The notes under the pieces: generated by a model
The model's input: the letters and a program-made list of their open reading frames with translations, nothing else
Told to the model about the DNA's origin: nothing
Databases searched by the model: none
Assembly: GCA_963823665.1 (NCBI GenBank)
Contig: CAWGMQ010000011.1
Span: forward strand, 1,104,167-1,168,166
Direction: 5' to 3'
Length of the DNA stretch: 64,000 bases
Origin: an uncultured Planctomycetota bacterium
GTDB lineage: Bacteria; Planctomycetota; Planctomycetia; Isosphaerales; Isosphaeraceae
Shown: positions 58,670 through 64,000 of the stretch, piece by piece
Numbering within the stretch: position 1 is the first letter of the stretch
Layout: every line of letters begins with the position of its first letter
Made by a program: the position numbers and the translations under genes

Positions 58670-59092
58670 CGCACTCGCCGGTGTCGAGGGATAGATGTAC
58701 GCACCGTCGACACTTAAACCACCGAAAGTGGCTCCGCCGAACCACGTCGGAAATCGTTTAGCATTGCGCACTGCGTAAGGGCTGGCAGGCACCGTGGGTT
58801 TGATGACTGCCGAGGCGGCCTGAGTGAGCGAGTCGCTCAATCCAATTACCTTGATCTCGAACGGGTCAATCCACAGGTCTGGCATTTTTCGAAGGGTGCC
58901 ATGAACCAGGCGATAGGCCGCCGCGGGTCCGTTATCGTCCACGGTCGAGGAAGCCAGGTACAGATACCATTTCCCCTCTTCGGTAGGCTTGGCCCAGAAC
59001 GCGACGCGGACTTCAAATCCTTCCTTCGCGAGCGCTTCAATCAGGCGCTCGCCACTCTCGGTCTGTTCGCTCAGTAGCGTGTCTTTATCCAT
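58646..59092 (-). CDS. Conserved hypothetical protein overlapping the HEPN gene; candidate antitoxin/partner
   Basis: 148-aa globular-looking ORF (GERLIEAL..GF.V.VAFW......WYLYLAS...G...AY; IDPFEIKVIG; VDGAYIY); its start overlaps the HEPN gene end by 22 nt. Confidence 0.75.
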   Translation of the reverse strand: MDKDTLLSEQTESGERLIEALAKEGFEVRVAFWAKPTEEGKWYLYLASSTVDDNGPAAAYRLVHGTLRKMPDLWIDPFEIKVIGLSDSLTQAASAVIKPTVPASPYAVRNAKRFPTWFGGATFGGLSVDGAYIYPSTPASASPREAAK

Positions 59093-59511
59093 GGCGTGAC
59101 TCCGTGCGAAGCATCGGAAATCGCGTTGTACAGCGATTCCGCCTCGCCCTGTTCCACCCTGTGATATCGCTTTTCCTCTGACCAGTCCGGTGTCAGCATC
59201 CAGTTCGCTAGCAGATCCGGATCCGCGTCTGTGGCGTTTTTCAGTGCGACTTCAAGCTTCGCGAGCCCGACTAGCTTTTCAATCGCGTGCGTATAGCAAC
59301 TCTTTGAAAACTCTTTCTCCGGAAAGGCGTCCGTCGAGAGTAGCGATTTGATGATGCACGCCTTGAGGCCAAGTTCGACGGCATACCCCGCCAGGTAGTA
59401 TGCTCCGTCCCACTGACCGTGATCGAGCAAGAATTTCGCCTCAACCAATCTCTGATCGGCTAGAGCCTGAAAGTCCGCCCGCGTGACGATCAGCTTGCTC
59501 AACTCGCGCAT
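59071..59511 (-). CDS. HEPN domain-containing protein
   Basis: RLVEAKFLL...AYYLAGYAVELGLKACI...YTHAIEKL...WSEEKRY, the typical HEPN helical-bundle signature; start could be TTG at 59502. Confidence 0.8.
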   Translation of the reverse strand: MRELSKLIVTRADFQALADQRLVEAKFLLDHGQWDGAYYLAGYAVELGLKACIIKSLLSTDAFPEKEFSKSCYTHAIEKLVGLAKLEVALKNATDADPDLLANWMLTPDWSEEKRYHRVEQGEAESLYNAISDASHGVTPWIKTRY

Positions 59512-59630
59512 CTCCCAGAGTTCGGCGTTACTTAATCATAGCCAAAGTCGCACCGTTTGCGCTGCGCGCCGGGTTAATGACAAAAAACGCGCGATGCGGT
59601 AAGCCCTCCACTGTAAGTCTTCAGCCGGTT

Positions 59631-60239
59631 CTAGCTCTGCTGCGCCACCAGATCAAGCACCGAAATCTGCCCATGAACGCTGCCGCCGAACTCGATCGGC
59701 ACCGACTCGTTCGCACGCGCATTGTAGCGGACCACATCAGTGTAGCGCGCCATCCTGCCCCGCCCGGTCGGTCCGGTCCGGACTTCGACCTGGGTGTCAA
59801 GGCCCTTGAGACGAACGATCATATAGATCGGAATGCCCGCAGTGGCGTACCGACGCCACTTCTGCCCGCGATCGCGACGGCATGTCGTGTCGGAGACCTC
59901 GACGATGAGGGCGATGTCACGCGGCCGCGGGTGCCGGGCGGCGAAGATTGCATGGGCGCCGCAGAGCACCGCGATATCGGGCTTGGGCGCCCAGTAACGG
60001 CCGATCAAGACTGGCTTTTCTTCCCGGATTGTCCAGATGTCGCGCGGAAGCATTGGCCGCAGCGCTTCGCGAAACTCACCGACGGCGAAAGTGTGAGGCG
60101 GGAGGTCGGTCATAGGATAGATCTTCCCCGCAACCAGCTCGACCTTCTGGTCGTCAAAGATGCCGGCGGCCGCCATTCGATGAAACTGACGGACGTCGAA
60201 CGGGTAGCTTCGGGCGGCGCTTGTCGAGAGGCCAATCAT
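59631..60239 (-). CDS. Uma2 (DUF820) family PD-(D/E)XK endonuclease-like protein
   Basis: FHRMAAAGIF..KVELVAG..M..PPH, PKPDIAVL, LIVEVSDTT..RDRGQK...YATAGIP; AGGAGG 9 nt before ATG 60239. Confidence 0.88.
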   Translation of the reverse strand: MIGLSTSAARSYPFDVRQFHRMAAAGIFDDQKVELVAGKIYPMTDLPPHTFAVGEFREALRPMLPRDIWTIREEKPVLIGRYWAPKPDIAVLCGAHAIFAARHPRPRDIALIVEVSDTTCRRDRGQKWRRYATAGIPIYMIVRLKGLDTQVEVRTGPTGRGRMARYTDVVRYNARANESVPIEFGGSVHGQISVLDLVAQQS

Positions 60240-60320
60240 GGGGCACATCCTCCTAGCGGAAGGTAACGAACTTCGCAATCGGAAGCAAGCCAGCCATTCG
60301 ATCGCAGCACGCACGCATGC

Positions 60321-60998
60321 TTATTTAATCTGTGCTATAATCTCCCCCGCGGCAATCATCCGCACCAGGGCAGAACGCAGCCGCGCGAAGGCCCGTGCGC
60401 GATGGCTCAACTGGTGCTTCACCAGCGCGGATAGCTCGCCAAACGTCTTGTGATATTCACGGATGAAGAAGAGCGGGTCATAGCCGAACCCCGCTTCCCC
60501 GCGCAGCTCGCGCGTCAAACGCCCGCGGCAAATCCCTTCCGTCTCGAGGCGAATCGTGCCGGCCGGGTCCGCCAGCGCGAGGGCACAGTGAAACGCGGCG
60601 CCGCGGGCCTCGTCGGGCACCTCCCTCATTGCGGCCAGCAGCTTCGCGTTATTCGCTGCGTCATTGCTGGGCTCGCCGGCATACCGCGCCGAGAAAACGC
60701 CCGGCGCTCCATCGAGTGCATCAACCGCCAGGCCCGAATCATCGGTGAGCACCCAGCAACCCAGTGCACGCGCCTGCTCGGCCGCCTTTTTGCGAGCGTT
60801 GCCTCGGAACGTATTGGCATCCTCGACGACATCGGGCACGCCGGGGAACTCATCGACCGAGCGGATGTCGAGGCGCGACAGCCAAGCGTCCGGCTCCCAC
60901 GGCGGGGAGATCAGCTCGGCCATCTCGCGGCATTTTTTTCGGTTCCGCGAGCCCAGGACGAGCAAGATCGAAGCTGCGCCGGATCGAGGTCCTGTCAT
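60321..60998 (-). CDS. rdgB: RdgB/HAM1 family non-canonical purine NTP pyrophosphatase
   Basis: SRNRKKCRE, EDANTFRGNARKKA, DDSGLAVDALDGAPGVFSARYAG, GFGYDPLF, KHQLSHRARA. Confidence 0.93.
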   Translation of the reverse strand: MTGPRSGAASILLVLGSRNRKKCREMAELISPPWEPDAWLSRLDIRSVDEFPGVPDVVEDANTFRGNARKKAAEQARALGCWVLTDDSGLAVDALDGAPGVFSARYAGEPSNDAANNAKLLAAMREVPDEARGAAFHCALALADPAGTIRLETEGICRGRLTRELRGEAGFGYDPLFFIREYHKTFGELSALVKHQLSHRARAFARLRSALVRMIAAGEIIAQIK

Positions 60999-62822
60999 GG
61001 CTTGGATTTCTTCCCGCTTGGATTTACCTGCAAATGATGGGCTTTCACATACGCGTCCGTGAGCGACTCGAGCCGTTCGTGATGCTTGGCGTAAGCCTCG
61101 ACGGAGGCACGGAACCCGTCCGGGCCGTCGATATGCTTGTCGTCACCCGTCGCGACGAACCGCTCGAGCGAGTCGAGCATCTTCCGCTGGGAAAGCTGGG
61201 CCGCGGCGAGCTCGTCACGCATCGCCAGAAGCCCGGAATTGGCGGCCGGCAGCGCCTGGATTCGAGCGGCCAGTGACTCGCTTTCCGACTTGAGGCGGCC
61301 CAGAGCATCGGTGATCTGTCTCTTGCCAAGGCGGCCCGCATTAACATCGGATTCGAGCTGCTCGATCCCCTGCTGGATATGATTGAACTGGGAGTAAACC
61401 TGCACCGACGCCGTGGCGAGTTCATGAATTGCGCGTGCCGGATCGGCCAGCATCCTGGCCTTGCTCGATGGAAGCCCGGAGTATCCCAGCACCAAGAGGC
61501 CGGCGCCCACGAGCACCGCCACGCCAGCTCGCTGCAGGGCCGTCAGCACTCCCAAGCGAGCTCGCGCATCGGCCGGCGCGACCGCTGTCATCAGCAGACC
61601 GCAGACGAACCCGGTCACCAGACCGCCCATGTGGGCCGACATGCTGATGCCCGGAATGACGGCGCTGAAAAACGTGTTGAATGCGACGAACCCGATCGCT
61701 CCGCCACGCATCGGCTTGAGTATCGCAAAGGGAACCTCGCGGTGCCTGATCGCGAGGAATCCAAGCAAGCCGCCGAACACCCCGAAAATCGCCCCAGAGG
61801 CTCCCGCGCCGGCTGTCATCGGCTGCCACCAGACACTCAGGATCGAACCGCCGAGGCCCGACAGAACGTAAAGTGCCAAGAATCCGAGATGGCCGAAGAG
61901 CCGTTCCACCAGCGGCCCCGCCGTCGCGAGGCAAAACATGTTCATGAGGAGGTGCCATAATCCGACATGGATGAACATCGATGTAAACAGTCGCCAGTAT
62001 TCATGGTCGATGATCACGCCCTTCCCGGAATCCGCGCCCCACGCGAGCAGTTGCGCCGTCTGGGGACTCTGCCACGAGACGCCGCTGGCAACCATGACGA
62101 GAAAGACCGCGGTACACGCCAGGACAATCACAGGCGTGACGATCGCTCGCGAGGCGTGCATCAAACGCCCTTCGAACTGCCGGATATCAGACTGGAGCGA
62201 TCGTGCCGCCGCGGTGGCGTGGACCAGGTGGGGCCAGACTGAGCGGGCGTGCTGCAATTCCAGCTCTGCGACTGCGTGTAATTCCCCCTCGCCGCGACTC
62301 ACAGCGCGCCTCGCCGAGGAATTTGATGAGTGCCGTGCGCAAACCGATCGAGCCTGTGGTACCAAACCACCGCCCGCCCCCAAGATTAATCGCACCACTG
62401 CCCGACTGCGCGGTGGCCGGAGGCAGCATTCCGTACTCAAGCGACTGGCATCTCGGTGGCCCTCCCCGCGTTTCACGCCTGCGCGCTCCGGGCCAGTAAA
62501 TCCGCTTCGAAGTCAGCGCGCAGCCGAGCCGGATGCCCCCGTGCTTCGGTACGCCGACCAGGGCCAGGAGAACTTCGTCGTCCTGAAGGTCGAGGTATCC
62601 CTGAAGTGCCGTTGTGAGGACGGGCGGCGGAATGTGCGTTGCGAGAAACGCGTGCTGTTCCCCCCGTTCAACCAACCGACGTGCCAGCGCGAAAAGCCGC
62701 ACGTTCAAATCCATCGAATCAGCCGGCTCGTCAGCCTCCCATTCGGCGGCGCGCAACTCCGGCCGAAATGGCTCATGACCCGGTTGCCCACCGTCCTCAT
62801 CGGTTCCACCGGGTTCCATCAT
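60995..62822 (-). CDS. Rhomboid family intramembrane serine protease with extra N-terminal soluble domain and C-terminal helical domain; apparent frameshift ~62305
   Basis: YWRLFTSMFIHVGLWHLLMNM, GASGAIFG (Ser) and AHMGG (His). The upstream frame (MMEPGG...KFLGEAR) joins AVSRGEGELH at a GCGC run. 4-nt overlap with rdgB. Confidence 0.8.
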
Positions 62823-62972
62823 GGCGCGACCACCTCGAGTTGTGTCCGACAGAATCACTTCGCACCGGCGAGACGTCTCGCAACCCGTGCGAAGCGCGTC
62901 GCGAGCGGGTACCGATTGTCGCGACCTCGGGCCGGGAAGTCCAGGGAACGAAGACCACGGCAAAACCGTGCG

Positions 62973-63385
62973 TCAGACCTTCCGCGCCAGGAAGCCGGCG
63001 AGGCCCTGGGAAGTCGCAGAGTGCCGTAGGCACGGAGGGCGCGGACTTGAAAGCCCATCGCGCGGAGAGTCGTCGTGATGGTCTCGCGCGGTAACAACCT
63101 GAGGCGGTGAGTCTCGTGACCACGCCGGTAGAGCCTGCCAACCCGGCGAAAGCTTGTAATGCGTCGCGTGACGATCTGGTTTTCTATGCCTTCCTCGCTT
63201 TCGACGAGGACCGCCCAATCCTTGCCTTCCGTGAATCCTCGGCGCGGGCCGCTGGAGCCGACTCGTCCGGGCTCGGCGATATCGAAGAGCAGAATTCCGC
63301 CTGGCAACAATGCGTCATGGATGGGACGGAAGAGCTTGTCAATGGCGGGCAGAGAGTGGCCGGCGTCCAAGAGATAGTTGTTGCA
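62973..63385 (-). pseudogene. 5'-truncated class I SAM-dependent methyltransferase (C-terminal half only)
   Basis: NYLLD...KLFRPIHDALLPGGILLFDIAEPGR...RRITSFRRVGRLYRRGHETHRLRL...GFQVRALRAYG; natural end GLAGFLARKV* is in another frame; no GxG SAM-binding motif upstream. Confidence 0.6.
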
Positions 63386-64000
63386 CCGACCCTACGTTCT
63401 GCATGGGGGAAAGAAGCTGTTGAATCGACCCGGGCCGTTTTCGCATGCCCACTTCCGGAGGGTGGTCGACCCGGATTCGAAGGGTGGAGCGCTTCGCGCT
63501 CTCCGCGGGGGAGTGTCTGCGTGGCACTTTTCAATCCGTATTGAACGATTGAACGGGCAATTCAGTATGAAATTCTCCCGATCTTAATCACTTGTGATGA
63601 TTGAGGTTGCGCTTACGCACCATCGCAAGAAAGTGCGGTCTAACGATGTGTTGGGCCCAAATCCGCGCATAATAGTATAGGAGATCAGTTGCGAGTCGGC
63701 CGTTGTCAGTCGTCGTGGGGAGGGAGCGCCGCCCGCTCTGGGCGGCCCGCTCGCTCGGCTTCCGTCCGGCGGTGCGGCGTGATGCCGGTCCGGCCCGCGT
63801 GCCGAAGCTGAGCTTAGCCTGCGCAACCAACCATGCTGGTTGGTCCGTGGCTCGAATCGCGTTTCTTTCTCGTCTCTTCCATTCACCACATCGGGGATGT
63901 GCTTTTCCACTCGTCAACATCTGATGAACGTCATTCGATCGCTCGACGTCAGGACCCGGTCGCGAGGTCGCGGGACTTCGGGCCAGGCTTCCAAGCTCAT

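Noticed and set aside
56389..58761. Alternative-frame and antisense ORFs over the YTV gene (e.g. 57377-58387 minus, His-rich)
   Set aside because: By-products of the repeat codon pattern
63460..63490. TTCGAATCC on the minus strand resembling a tRNA T-loop
   Set aside because: No proper T-stem, anticodon arm or acceptor stem
63584..63924. Short ORFs and the accaacca-tgc-tggttggt inverted repeat near the right edge
   Set aside because: No recognisable protein features; the hairpin lacks a U-tract and context is cut by the window edge

Overview
High-GC DNA of a planctomycete, probably Isosphaeraceae-like. This is inferred from the LEPRxLL leader motifs, a YTV protein and a Planctomycete-type REP half-site. 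About 53 kb of bases 1-55705 is three co-oriented minus-strand giant surface-protein genes, each with a basic N-terminus and an LE-x-R-T-LL motif. Gene A runs from 29050 to beyond base 1 (>9,600 codons): LktA/FHA-like beta-helix with in-frame inserted small domains, Ig domains and choice-of-anchor-Q modules. Gene B is 43220-30093 (~4,370 codons): pectin-lyase-like beta-helices, a PGRS-like segment, YDG repeats and 4 CBM-like repeats. Gene C is 55705-44943 (~3,590 codons): S8 subtilase, Ig domains, YDG repeats, a propeller-like domain and 3 CBM-like repeats. The ORF track splits these genes at 14 apparent 1-2 nt frameshifts, mostly in G/C runs and most likely long-read errors, plus one in-frame TGA. 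B and C share a paralogous C-terminal stalk with near-identical DNA repeats and a conserved terminal tail. An SDR gene and an ECF sigma remnant lie between the giants. To the right are a divergent Cys-rich YTV protein with mirror-symmetric 16-aa repeats (predicted giant beta-hairpin), a HEPN gene with an overlapping partner, a Uma2 endonuclease, rdgB, a rhomboid protease and a truncated methyltransferase. I found no rRNA, tRNA, CRISPR array or transposase. All family assignments are by motif recognition; no searches were run.
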